A program made the position numbers and the translations under genes. 64,000 bases of DNA from an uncultured Planctomycetaceae bacterium (GTDB lineage Bacteria; Planctomycetota; Planctomycetia; Planctomycetales; Planctomycetaceae). Of this stretch, positions 32,950 to 43,435 are shown in pieces. The notes beneath the pieces were generated by a model, which was not told the DNA's origin, made no database searches, and saw only the letters and a list, made by a program, of their open reading frames with translations. The stretch spans positions 384,001-448,000 of the forward strand of contig CAWFAK010000016.1 of NCBI GenBank assembly GCA_963813715.1, written 5' to 3'. How positions within the stretch are numbered: position 1 is the stretch's first letter; each line of letters begins with the position of its first letter.

Positions 32950-35150
32950 TTGAACTCGTTCCCCCGACTCGTGCAGTACGTCTGGCCGCATCGCCGCAAA
33001 TTCTACTTGTCGGCGGTGTTCGCCGTGCTGGTAGCGGGCCTGTGGGGCTTAAGCCTCTCGGCCGCCTATCCGATCATCACGGTTCTGTTCGAGAACAAGC
33101 CGCTCGACAAGTACGTCGACGACTTGATCAAGAAGACCAAAGAATCGATCGCCGCACAGGAACAAAAGGTCGATCAGCGCGAGGGCCAGCTCCGCAAGCT
33201 CGACGCGGACAAGCCGCGCGACTCGGAGCGTGAGCAGTACAAAATCCTCCGCCGGCAATCGAACGAACAGTCGGTGCTGAGCACGGCCCAGTACAAGCTG
33301 ATGATGCTGGTTTGGCTACGGAACAATGTCGTTCCCAAGCTGCCCAAAGACCGTTTCGACCTTCTAGCCGTCGTGCTGGCCGTCCAACTGCTGGCGACCC
33401 TGGCGAAGGGCATCTGCGAGTTCGTGCAGGAGAACCTGATCTGTCAGCTGGTCGAGCTGTCGCTGATGGGCGTTCGCAAGGACTGTTTGCGGCGCGTGCT
33501 GCGGATGGACTACCAGACGGTTTCGCTCAAAGGCACGCCCAAGCTCATGTCGCACTTCACCAACGACATGAACGTGATGGCGTCGGGCCTGCGGCTGATG
33601 GGGGGCAAGATCATCCAGGAGCCGCTGAAGGCCATCGTCTGCATCGGCGCGGCGATGGTTGTATGCTGGCAGCTGACGCTCTTATCCCTGTTGACCGCGC
33701 CCGTCCTCGCCATCGTCTTTGCCCGCATCGGCTCGAGCCTCAAGCGGGCGAGCCACCGCATGATGGACAGCATGACCCGCCTTTACAAAACGCTCGAAGA
33801 GACCTTCGACGGCTACAAGGTCGTGGTTGCCTTCAACGCGGCGGCCCGGCATCGCCGGCGGTTTCATCGTGACAGCAAGGACTATTACGAGCGCTCGGTG
33901 AAGATCGCGCGGATCGACGCGCTCACCGGACCGATCACTGAAACGATGGCCTGGGTGGCCGCCTACCTGGCCCTGCTGCCGGGCTGCTACCTCGTGCTCC
34001 GCGGCACAACCGAAATTTGGGGCATTCGGCTGACGAGCAGCCAGATGGGAATCAACGACCTCGGCGCACTCTACGTGCTGTTGGCCGGCATCATTGATCC
34101 GGCTCGCAAGCTCTCGACGACGTATGCCAAGCTCAAACGTGCGGGGGCGGCCGCCGATCGCATCTTCGACTTGATGGATGAAAAGACGAAGATCGAAGAC
34201 CCAGTCTCGCCGGTCGCGCTGCCGCGACACGCCGTCGCCATCGAGTTCGACAATATTCATTTCGCCTACGCCCGCAGCGGCCCGAGTGGTGCTCCCCGCC
34301 CGGCCGCCCTCGAGGGCGTCTCCCTCAAGGTCGAGGCGGGCGAAACGATCGCAGTTGTTGGCGAGAACGGCTCCGGTAAATCGACGCTCGTCAACCTCTT
34401 GCCGCGGCTCTACGATCCGGACTTCGGCTCGATTCGCATCGACGGCGTCGACATTCGCGGCGTCTCGCTGGCCGATCTCCGCGACCAGATTGCGGTCGTC
34501 ACGCAGGAGACGGTCCTCTTCGACGATACGATCTACGAAAACGTCCGCTACGGGCGACCGAGCGCGACGCGGCGCGACATCGAAGACGCGGCCGCCCAGT
34601 CGCACGTCACCCGCTTCTTCGATCAGATGCCCGATGGAATCGAGACGCGCGTGGGCGAGAAAGGGGGCCGACTTTCGGGAGGCCAGCGGCAACGCGTGGC
34701 TCTGGCCCGCGCCGTCCTGCGGAACCCGGCGATTCTGATCCTCGACGAGGCGACCTCCGCCACCGATGCCCAAAGCGAGCGGCTCATTCACGAGGCCCTT
34801 TTGACCTTCGTCGAGGGCCGCACGACGTTTTTGATCACGCACGCCGTCACGCCGAGCGTGTTGGAGCTGATCGACAAGGTGGCCGTCATGGATCACGGTC
34901 GCCTGGTGGCCTATGGCACGCACCAGCAAGTTCTTGGCGACGTGCCCGATCTACGAGCGGCTGTTCCACGCCCGCTCGCGCCGGACGATTCCCGCAAGCG
35001 AAGCCATCCCGACCGAGATCGCCGCAGCGCCGTCGCCGCCGGAGATTCTGCCACTGCCCCTGTCGCGTGGCATGCGCTCGGCCGGGCTGACCCCGCCATC
35101 GACGAAAGACCGCGGGACGCCTGACGACCGCCGGCTGCGCGACGCGTCCT
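32950..35150 (+). CDS. ABC exporter, fused TMD + NBD (MsbA-like); C-terminal frameshift near 34935
   Basis: GENGSGKST, LSGGQRQR, ILILDEATS; N-terminal TM domain. Confidence 0.93.
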
Positions 35151-35271
35151 GACGTTCCGCGCCCCGGTTTATCTCCCATCGCTGCGTTCTCTGCGACCAG
35201 CGTGTTGCCTGAGCCGTCACAGCTGGGGCACCTTCGTTCCTCAGGTCCTTGGCAGACACGCTCTTCTGAAT

Positions 35272-35287
35272 TGGCACACTGGTTGCT
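35272..35287 (+). promoter_or_regulatory. Sigma54 (-24/-12) promoter
   Basis: TGGCAC-ACTGG-TTGCT, a full consensus match about 60 bp upstream of the 42-aa ORF. Confidence 0.8.
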
Positions 35288-35349
35288 TTAACGGGTTGCC
35301 GTGGACTTCCACGCGATTTCACACTGAACTTAATCCTGGAGAAACAACA

Positions 35350-35478
35350 ATGGAAATGCTCATTCATACGGTCCCGGTCGTCAGTGCCATCGGTTACTCG
35401 ATTGTTTACCTGTTGGCGGGCGGCGGTGTATTCGGCGCCTTCGTGATTTTTGTGGTCGCCAAGATGCTCGGACAATAA
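35350..35478 (+). CDS. Small hydrophobic protein (42 aa)
   Basis: GGAG RBS; MEMLIHTVPVVSAIGYSIVYLLAGGGVFGAFVIFVVAKMLGQ; sigma54 motif upstream. Confidence 0.7.
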   Translation: MEMLIHTVPVVSAIGYSIVYLLAGGGVFGAFVIFVVAKMLGQ

Positions 35479-35583
35479 AGGGGCGGGCGACGAAGGCGGC
35501 GAAACTCAAGACAGACACTGGGGTGGCTGGTCCTCCCAGAGCGATGCGGCTGGCCATCCCTAAGTGGTGAGCGCTGGAGCGGA

Positions 35584-37392
35584 CTAATCGTCGACTCCAG
35601 CGTTTTTTTGCGCCTCGCCCTTCAACAGGTGCAGCAAGTCCACGCCATAGTCGGCGAGCTTCTTGTCGCCGATGCCGCGAATGTGGCGCAGTTCGTCCAA
35701 CGTGGCCGGACGATGGCGAGCCAGATCGCGCAGGGTCGCGTCGCTGAATAGGATGAAGGGCGCCTGCCCCCGCTCGGCCGCTTTGTCGCGACGATATTGC
35801 CGTAGCGTCTCGAAGACGTCGCGATCGACTCCCTCCCATGAATCCTGCGCGGCCCGAGAGGTTTTCCGGGCCCGCTTGGCAGGCCGCAGCAGCCGCGGTG
35901 TCCGTTCGCCGCGTAGGAGGTGCCGACCGTCGGGCGTGATCCGCAGGACGTTGTATTCGCCGATTTTCCCCAAGAAACCCTGACTGACCAGCTGTTCGAT
36001 CCAGTTGCGAATGCTCTTGCGGTCCTCGCCCTGCAGAATGCCCCAGGTGCTGAGCTTGTCGTGCCCATTGGCCAGAATCCGCTGCTCGCGGGCGCCGGCG
36101 AGAACCTGGGCCGTGTAATCGCCGCCGAAACTTTCGCCCAAGCGGTGGACGCAGGAGAGGATTTTCTGACCCAGCACGAGTGGATCTTCGGCCAGATCGA
36201 GCTCGGCCAGGCAGACGTCGCACGCGCCGCAATTTTCCGACTCGAGGTCTTGCCCGAAATAGCCGGCCAAGACGCGGTGTCGGCAAACCACGCCGTTGCA
36301 GTAGCCGTCGATGGCGCCGAGAGCGCGACTGCCGCGTTGAACGCCGGCTCGGGGAGCTCTTCCTGCATGCGGCGCCAGGTGCGAAAGTCGCCCGCGGAGA
36401 AGAACAAGCAGCACTCGGCCTCCAGACCGTCGCGTCCGGCCCGGCCCGACTCTTGCAGATAGTTCTCGACCGATTTGGGTGCGGCCGCATGCACGACGTA
36501 ACGGACGTCCGACTTGTCGATACCCATGCCGAAGGCGACGGTGGCGACGATGATCTTGGCACGGTCGTTGATGAATGCGTCCTGGTTCGCCTGCCGCAGC
36601 TCGTCGGGCAGACCGGCATGGTAGGGCAGGGCCTGATACCCGGCCGCTTGCAGGTCGGCGGATAATTCCTCCACGTCGGTGCGGCGAATGCAATAAATCA
36701 ACCCAGCGTCTCGCGGATGACGATCGATCACCTCGCGGATCTGCCCCCGCAGGTCGTGCCGCGTTTGCACCCGATAGACGAGGTTTGGACGGTCAAACGA
36801 GCCGACGAGGACCTCCGGCGCCTGGAGTCCCAATTCGCGAACGACGTCGTCCCGCACGCGCTGCGTCGCCGTCGCCGTGTAGGCGTGCACGGCGGCACTT
36901 GGGAAACGTTTCTTTCAGGCGGCGGAGCATGCGGTATTCGGGGCGAAAATCGTGCCCCCATTCGCTGATGCAGTGCGCCTCGTCGATGGCAAAGAACGAC
37001 ACCGAGACGCTCTTGAGAAAGTCGAGCATACGGTCGGTCATCAACCGCTCGGGCGACAGGTAAAGCAGCTTGACGCGGCCGGCGCGCACCTCGTCGGCCA
37101 CGCGGCGTTTTTCCCCCGGCAAGAGCGTGCTGTTGACGCAGGCGGCCGGCACGCCGCAATCGCCCAGTGCGTCGACCTGGTCCTTCATCAACGAGATGAG
37201 CGGCGAGACGACTACGGCCAACCCCGGCTGACAGAGAGCGGGCGCCTGAAAACAAAGCGATTTGCCGCCGCCAGTGGGCAGCACCACCACCGAGTCGCGT
37301 CCGGCGACGACGGCCTGCATCGCCTCCGCCTGAAGCGGGCGGAAGCTGTCGTACCCCCAGTACTTCTGCAGGATGGCCCGAAGCTCGTCCAT
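35584..37392 (-). CDS. recQ: ATP-dependent DNA helicase RecQ, frameshifts near 36900 and 36320
   Basis: PTGGGKSLCFQ, DEAHCISEWGHDFRP, ATVAFGMGIDK, QESGRAGRDG, Zn-binding Cys, RQC and HRDC regions. Confidence 0.95.
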
Positions 37393-37448
37393 GGGTGGGG
37401 ATCTTCTCTTTTTTCGGGTCCTTGCTCAATGCACGGCCGCTCATGGCA

Positions 37449-37464
37449 CGGCAAGCCATTTGCA
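37449..37464 (+). promoter_or_regulatory. Probable sigma54 promoter for udgX
   Basis: CGGCAA-GCCAT-TTGCA (GG-N10-GC). Confidence 0.6.
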
Positions 37465-37516
37465 ATTCGTTGCTCCCGGCAGATCGATCCAGGCACTTCG
37501 CCCGGAGGAAATACCG

Positions 37517-38197
37517 ATGATTCGGCCCGTTCAAAAGCATCTCGTTAGAAAGCAGCTCGGCGGCGGCGCCAGCGAATCGGCGGCCGACTATTTGCCGCGG
37601 AAACTTACGCTGCCGGCGCTCAGACGAGCGGCCGCGGTATGCGAAGGCTGTCCGTTGTATCGCGACGCGACGCAAACCGTATTCGGCGAGGGGCCGGCCG
37701 ACGCGCAAATTGTGCTGGTGGGGGAAACGCCCGGGGATCAGGAAGATCGGCAGGGGAAACCTTTCGTCGGACCTGCGGGCAAGGTGCTCGACGACGCTCT
37801 GGTCGAAGCGGGGCTTAATCGAGGCGAGGTTTACGTGACGAATGTGGTCAAGCACTTTAAATGGGAGCCGCGCGGCAAACGACGACTTCACAAGAAGCCG
37901 AGTGCTCGCGAGATGGCCGCCTGTCACCCCTGGCTCGACGCCGAACTCCAAGTGCTCCAACCGAAGGTCATCGTGTGTCTGGGGGCGACGGCCGCTCAAG
38001 CGCTGTTGGGCCGCGCCTTTCGTGTGAGCCGGCAACGGGGCCAGCGAGTGATGGGACCGGATGGAATGGCGGCAATTGCCACGCATCATCCCTCGGCCGT
38101 TTTGCGGGCTCCGGATCCGGCGGTCCGCCGTCGCATGAGACAAGAACTGGCCGCGGATCTGTCGATCGCGGCCAGTTTGCTCGGGCAAAACGACTGA
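37517..38197 (+). CDS. udgX: UdgX-family uracil-DNA binding protein (family 4 UDG-like, 4Fe-4S)
   Basis: CEGCPL, GETPGDQED, TNVVKHFKW, R-loop GKRRLHKKP, HPSAVLR; GGAGG RBS. Confidence 0.92.
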   Translation: MIRPVQKHLVRKQLGGGASESAADYLPRKLTLPALRRAAAVCEGCPLYRDATQTVFGEGPADAQIVLVGETPGDQEDRQGKPFVGPAGKVLDDALVEAGLNRGEVYVTNVVKHFKWEPRGKRRLHKKPSAREMAACHPWLDAELQVLQPKVIVCLGATAAQALLGRAFRVSRQRGQRVMGPDGMAAIATHHPSAVLRAPDPAVRRRMRQELAADLSIAASLLGQND

Positions 38198-38322
38198 ACG
38201 GAATCAGGCTCCAATCCAAATGGGGCAAGATTAGCACCCGCCCCGCCAGCCGCCGCCCGATGAGTTTCGTTTCGTCTACCGCCGACTTGCGCCGGTTGCA
38301 GATTCGCGATTCTCTGCCCGCA

Positions 38323-38490
38323 TCAGGGCACGGGCGTGCGTTGGCCCGTCACCAGGCTGATCAGGAACAACACGATGAACACGACGAACAGGATCTTCGC
38401 CACGGCGGCAGCAGTACCCGCGACCACGGCGAATCCCATGACTCCCGCGATCAACGCGATGATGAGAAAGGTAATTGCCCAACCCAACAT
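38323..38490 (-). CDS. DUF1328 (YtjA/UPF0391) small membrane protein, 55 aa
   Basis: [55 protein letters not shown]. Below the ORF-track cutoff. Confidence 0.92.
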   Translation of the reverse strand: MLGWAITFLIIALIAGVMGFAVVAGTAAAVAKILFVVFIVLFLISLVTGQRTPVP

Positions 38491-38699
38491 GATTGTTCTC
38501 CTTCAGAAAATCGGCCGGGAGCGGTTTTTGAAACGGGGCCAATTCCCTGCCCCCACGGCCACCGCTCACGTGCCGGCAGCCGCGTCGACTCCCTCCGATT
38601 GTTTGCCTTTGATTCACTTTTTCGGACTTCTCTCCGTCGCACGATGCATCCATCGCGCATCCAAAAAGAAGCCATCGAGTCAGAACGCCGAGTGAGAAT

Positions 38700-38715
38700 C
38701 GCAAACTGTGTGCCG
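38700..38715 (-). promoter_or_regulatory. Probable sigma54 promoter for the DUF1328 gene
   Basis: Minus strand CGGCAC-ACAGT-TTGCG. Confidence 0.65.
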
Positions 38716-38910
38716 CCCGCGCGGCTCATCTGGCGCCGGTCAAATGTCCGAGTGCGCGCGGGTAAGGACGCGGACATGTTTTGTCCATCGCTCCGACTGC
38801 GGCAGCGAAGGGCTCACTGCAGTAGAGAAGGGAAATTCATAAGGAACTCTCGCGAATAAAAGCGGACAGTCCGACCGTTAATTCGCGCCTTGCGGGGCTC
38901 GCGGCTGGGG

Positions 38911-38926
38911 GGGCACGCAACTTGCA
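38911..38926 (+). promoter_or_regulatory. Probable sigma54 promoter
   Basis: GGGCAC-GCAAC-TTGCA about 50 bp upstream of ATG 38979. Confidence 0.7.
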
Positions 38927-38978
38927 CCCTCAACAAACCAGCCTTGCGAAAGACCGAATTGGTCGCGGTGAGGAAAAA

Positions 38979-39341
38979 ATGGCGAAGGAAGCGCCAGAAC
39001 AAAGAGGGCACATGTCTCAAGAGAACTCGCTAGTAATCAATTCCGCAGCCGCTGCGCCACATTCGGGGCCAAGTCAACTTCTCGGCTATTATCCGCTTGG
39101 CACCGGCTTTGGTTCGACCATCGGGGCGGCGCTGGTGAGCGTGGCGATGGGAGCCGCCGGGGCGGGCAGCGTGGCGATTTATACGTCTGCAGCCACCGGC
39201 GTCGTGATTGGAGGGTGGGCCGGTCATGCGATCAGCCGGCGACGCTCGAAACGGGTGGATGCCGATGTCCTGCGACGTCGGAGTCGCACGATTCGTCTGC
39301 TGCGAGTGACGCGGATGCTGCGACGCCGCGACGTCGCTTGA
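38979..39341 (+). CDS. Hypothetical membrane protein with glycine-zipper-like TM pair
   Basis: GTGFGSTIGAALVSVAMGAAGAG...GVVIGGWAGH; GAGG RBS. Confidence 0.55.
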   Translation: MAKEAPEQRGHMSQENSLVINSAAAAPHSGPSQLLGYYPLGTGFGSTIGAALVSVAMGAAGAGSVAIYTSAATGVVIGGWAGHAISRRRSKRVDADVLRRRSRTIRLLRVTRMLRRRDVA

Positions 39342-39390
39342 GGGGCCCCATCTCCACGAGTCCGTCTGCGGACAATAGAGGGTGAGGACC

Positions 39391-39823
39391 ATGAAGCTCG
39401 AACCGGCCACGCGGCACATGCTGCACGCCGTCGGCGTTCGGCGAACTTTGGCGACGACTGCGCGCGCCGTCGATTCGCCACCGTTCCCGCACGCGAATTG
39501 GCGGATTTCCGCTGTTCGAGATCGCATTTGGTCCTAGGCGGGCTGAGCCTCACGGACATGCCAAGGCGCTGATTGCCCTCGGCGATCACGCGACCGGGGT
39601 GCTGGCGATTGGCGGCTTGGCACAGGGTGTGGTCGCGGTCGGCGGTTTGTCGGAAGGATTGATCGCGATCGGCGGCTGCACGCTGGGGTTGTTTGCTGCT
39701 TTCGGCGGCGTCGCGGTCGGCGCGTTCGCCGTGGGTGGCGTAGCCTTGGGTGGCGTGGCTCGTGGCGGCGTCGCTGTCGGCCTGTCCGCCCGCGGACGCG
39801 AAGCCGTTTCGCCCTACGAGTGA
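39391..39823 (+). CDS. Gly-rich repeat membrane protein (AIGG/AVGG repeats), probable N-terminal frameshift
   Basis: RHRSRTRIGGFPLFEIAFG...HAKALIALGDHATGVLAIGGLAQGVVAVGG. Confidence 0.6.
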
Positions 39824-39942
39824 TCCTGGTAGCTCGTATCGACTCTGAATCCAAGAACGGATTCGAGTTCCGCGCGGTCCGCCGGCCGGTTCCGCGCCGT
39901 GAACAACGCGCTGGAATTCTTCGCTGGCGCCGATCCGAACGC

Positions 39943-40206
39943 TCAGACTTCCATCCGCTCGACGACGACGGCGTTCTCCTGCTCGGCCGTGTCGACCCCC
40001 AGACGTTGATAGACCCCGCAGTGACCGCTGAGGCCGCGCCAAATCAAACCCGAGCCGATGGCGGTGGCAGCCACTCCGCGGAGGGAGCGAAAGCCGCCCA
40101 TCGTCATCAGGATCGTTCCGCCGGCGATCACCGACGCCAATCGCTCCATCTGACCCACGTTGACCTGGCCGCACGTCTCGCCGCCACGTCCGGATGAACT
40201 CTGCAT
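39943..40206 (-). CDS. DUF2892 (YgaP-like) membrane protein
   Basis: NVGQMERLAS...RGLSGHCGVYQRLGVDT; AAGGAG RBS. Confidence 0.88.
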   Translation of the reverse strand: MQSSSGRGGETCGQVNVGQMERLASVIAGGTILMTMGGFRSLRGVAATAIGSGLIWRGLSGHCGVYQRLGVDTAEQENAVVVERMEV

Positions 40207-40257
40207 GACGAACTCCTTGATCCACGACCTGATGCGATGCGGAGACACTGTACTGCG

Positions 40258-40273
40258 TGCACGCCGCATGCCA
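40258..40273 (-). promoter_or_regulatory. Probable sigma54 promoter for the DUF2892 gene
   Basis: Minus strand TGGCAT-GCGGC-GTGCA (GG-N10-GC). Confidence 0.55.
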
Positions 40274-40357
40274 GGGGCTGTCCCAGACCGACAGCAGGAA
40301 AGTCTGCGAGTAGCTTACCCCGTCTGGGCATGCGGCGTGAACTCTAGGGTCCCGGGC

Positions 40358-40795
40358 GTGCTCTTCGGCGACACTCATTGGTCGTCGAGCGACCATCCTC
40401 ACGTTCCGCTGTTTCCCCAGCGGGACACGTTCAACCAGGACGCCGAAACGGTCGCCCGGACCATGGCCAGCAAAAAGGTCAGGCCGAAGGGGATCGGTTC
40501 GGGCATTCGGATGATCCAATACTTCATCAATCGCGCGGGCAAGAATCTGTCCGCGACCCACAAACGCGAGTTGGAAAAAGCCAAGCGGATCCTCCAGGAG
40601 CGGGCCGAGCGCGAGACGGCGAAGCCAGCCGCCCATTCCAAGCGACGAACTCGTTCGCGTGAGCCGCTGAGCGCATCGGTTGCACCTTGCGGGTGGTGCC
40701 GTATCACCGGTCATCTTCACCCTGGTGTTTTCACCCAAGTCCGAGTCCGGACCTTGCCGGTCTCGTTCAAGAAAAAGTGTCCGGACCTGACCTAG
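40358..40795 (+). CDS. DUF3175-family protein; start and C-terminal extension uncertain
   Basis: DAETVARTMASKKV...IRMIQYFINRAGKNLS...LEKAKRIL. Confidence 0.7.
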   Translation: MLFGDTHWSSSDHPHVPLFPQRDTFNQDAETVARTMASKKVRPKGIGSGIRMIQYFINRAGKNLSATHKRELEKAKRILQERAERETAKPAAHSKRRTRSREPLSASVAPCGWCRITGHLHPGVFTQVRVRTLPVSFKKKCPDLT

Positions 40796-41135
40796 CCCTC
40801 AAGTCTCCGTTTTCACGAAAGTGTCCGGACCGGACCCGGTCCGACGCGAGGGCCCCCTTTCCAAGAAAGTGTCCGGACCTGACGTGTCCGGGTCCGCCCG
40901 CCGGCGCGCCTTTCGCCGATTCTCCAATCTGGCCAATGACTTGCGACCGGTCCCCGACATCTCGTCCCGGTCACCGCATCCTGTCCGGTCTGTTTCCGAA
41001 AGAGACCGGACCTGTCCGGACCTTACCCCGATCAAGTGTCCGGACCGGAGACAAGGGTCCGGCAAATAGGACCGGCCGGTCCCCGCGGACTTCCGGACAA
41101 GTGTCCGGACCGGTGAGTGCGGACCGATCTGTCCA
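40744..41135 (+). repeat. Array of AAGTGTCCGGACC motifs with unique spacers
   Basis: Exact 13-mers at 40775, 40819, 40867, 41034, 41099, plus partial GTCCGG(AC) copies. Confidence 0.85.
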
Positions 41136-41574
41136 GCAAGCGTCGCCGTCGCAGGACACCTCGTCCGTGGGCGGGGCGTGATCACGGGGTTGCGCACGGC
41201 CGGCGCGCAGTCGCATCGCCGCGGCACAAAGGCTCCAAACTTCATTTTGCCACAAATGGCCAAATCACCAAGATCAGATTTCTACGGGCGGCGGCTCCGG
41301 CCGGCGGCGACGCGTCAAGTTTTGCGGCCAGCGTTGAGTTTGGGGACCGGGTTGTCGTGCGGGTCTCTGGCTGAAACGCTCATGGCGACGATTCGTCCGA
41401 ATCGGCCTGAAATCGTTCGCGCGCCGGTTGTCCCGCGACGAAGCGAATCCTTCACAACGCCAGCGATTCCCGGCCGATCCCTTAGTGCCGACGCGCTACA
41501 AAATTGCCTTCGCGGGCCCGCGCGGCAGCGCAGCACTTCTCGACTTACCATGACGGCGGCCGAGGATTTTATTC

Positions 41575-42564
41575 ATGATGCGAGTTTGGCGCGGCAGCTC
41601 TTCGTCGAAGCGTTCGGGCTTTCTGGCGGGGCTGACGCTGTTGGCGGCAGTTGGCTTTCTTTACCTGAACTTTGAACCCGCGCCGGCCGGCGCCGATCGC
41701 AAGCACCGAAAAATTGACCTCGCGCGGCTGGCGTCCACCGTCCAATCGCTCCCCAAGCCCGCGGCAACGACTGTCGTCCCCCTGCCGACCACGCCGGGCA
41801 AACCGGGGGAAAAGGTCGCCGCGCAGGCACCGGGCGAGTTCGACCGGATGGCCCTCTTGATGAACATGATCCTGCTCGAACAGGGTCGCAAGCGGCTGGC
41901 CGACGTCTCCGACTACACCTGCACCTTCTTCAAGCAGGAGCGGCTCGGCAGCGAGCTGGGCGAAGGGCAGATCATGGAGCTGAAGATGCGGCACAAGCCC
42001 TTCAGCGTCTACATGAAATGGCTCAGCGGCGAAAAAGGGCGCGAGCTGCTCTACGTCGACGGCGAGCAAGACAACAAGATGACCGTGCATCCGGGCGGCT
42101 GGAAGTCCCGGATCGTCCCCGCCATCAAGCTCGAACCGGACAGCTCGCTGGCGATGAGCGAATCGCGACACCCCGTCACGATGGTCGGCCTGCTCAAGCT
42201 GTCCGACGAAATCATCGCTCGCCGCAAGAGCGAGATCGAACGCAAGTGCCCGATCCGCTGCCAGTTCATCGAAAACGAAACGGCCAACGACCGCCCCTGC
42301 TATTGCTTCGTGTCGGTCTATCTCGATCGCAAGCTGTCCGAGGAATATCGCAAGTCGATCCAATACATCGACCGCGAATTGCTCCTGCCGATCTGCGTCA
42401 AGAACTATACGTGGCCGGAAGCGAAGCAGACATTTGCCAACGATACGGCTCTCGACGAGGCGACCTTGGTCGAGCACTACGCCTACACGGAGCTGCAATT
42501 CAACCAGCAGCTGGCCAACGACGACTTCGACCGGGCGAACAAGACCTACAACTTCCGCCGGTAG
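41575..42564 (+). CDS. DUF1571 domain-containing exported protein
   Basis: DYTCTFFKQER, KMRHKPFSVYMKW, GRELLYVDG, RHPVT, IDRELLLPI. Confidence 0.85.
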   Translation: MMRVWRGSSSSKRSGFLAGLTLLAAVGFLYLNFEPAPAGADRKHRKIDLARLASTVQSLPKPAATTVVPLPTTPGKPGEKVAAQAPGEFDRMALLMNMILLEQGRKRLADVSDYTCTFFKQERLGSELGEGQIMELKMRHKPFSVYMKWLSGEKGRELLYVDGEQDNKMTVHPGGWKSRIVPAIKLEPDSSLAMSESRHPVTMVGLLKLSDEIIARRKSEIERKCPIRCQFIENETANDRPCYCFVSVYLDRKLSEEYRKSIQYIDRELLLPICVKNYTWPEAKQTFANDTALDEATLVEHYAYTELQFNQQLANDDFDRANKTYNFRR

Positions 42565-42570
42565 TCGAAC

Positions 42571-43435
42571 TCAAACCCGCAGGTGCTCAAGCGCCTGTTC
42601 GATCGGCGTGACATAGCCCAGGTAGAACGGGCCGAACTGAGCGTAGCGGGCCGAGGCGCGATCGAACCGCATCGTGTAAACGATTTCCTTGATCGACTCG
42701 GGGTTTCGTCCCCAGAGCGTCACTCCCCATTCCCAATCGTCGAAACCGGTCGATGCCGTGATCAGCTGGCTCACCCGGCCGGCAAACTTGATCCCCGACG
42801 TCGCGTGCTCGGCCATGAGCGCGCTCCGCTCGCTGAACGGGAGCTGATACCAGTTGGCCGCCGGGTCGCGAATCTTGTTCATCGGGTAAAAGCAAAACAC
42901 CGGCAGCGGCGGAAAATCGGGGTAGAGCCGCTGCTTGTTCATCGCCGGCAGCCGCTGGGCGTACGCGTTCATCTTGGCCTGGTAAGCGGGGTCGCTCTCA
43001 GCCGTGCCGTCCTGCCGCAGCCGTTCTCCGTACTGCTCGACCGTGGGGACATACTCCGAGACTTCGGTGATCGAGACGAAGGAGTACATCGGAACGAGCG
43101 CCGGGCCGAGCCCGCTTGCCCGGATGGCCTGTGGCACCGAGTCGACGAGCAGCGGATCGGGATCGAGCAGCATCAGGCCGAGATCGGCCTTGTGACCCGA
43201 AACGAGCGCAGCACTGCAACCGCTGCGGGGCTCCTTGGCGTTCCGGATTGAGCAGCCGCGTCAGCTCTTTACGGCCGCGCTTGCGCGTGGCATCGTCGAG
43301 CTGATTTAAGGCCTGCGGGTCGACGCGGTAATAGAGGTGCAGGCAGTGCCAGCCCTCGGCCATGCGGATGGTCGGTTCCGGCAGCGGGGTGGGGGCGTGG
43401 CCGTGCGAATGGGGCGGACGCGGCGAGGAAGTCAC
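42571..43435 (-). CDS. chdC: Coproheme decarboxylase (ChdC/HemQ; chlorite dismutase superfamily), frameshift near 43215
   Basis: YPMNK, proximal His (MAEHA), distal Gln (VSQLI), DDWEWGVTL, MRFD. Confidence 0.82.

Noticed and set aside
32950..35150. ABC exporter as the missing ATPase of the HlyD cluster
   Set aside because: Separated by the sigma factor gene, MsbA-like, and without a C39/CLD domain. No direct evidence of linkage, though not excluded.
35584..37392. Programmed frameshifting or pseudogene status for recQ and other split genes
   Set aside because: No slippery-site pattern noticed, and indels are spread across many unrelated genes, consistent with sequencing error.
40744..41135. 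CRISPR array interpretation of the AAGTGTCCGGACC repeats
   Set aside because: 13-bp repeats with irregular spacing and no leader or cas genes. Kept only as an unexplained motif array.
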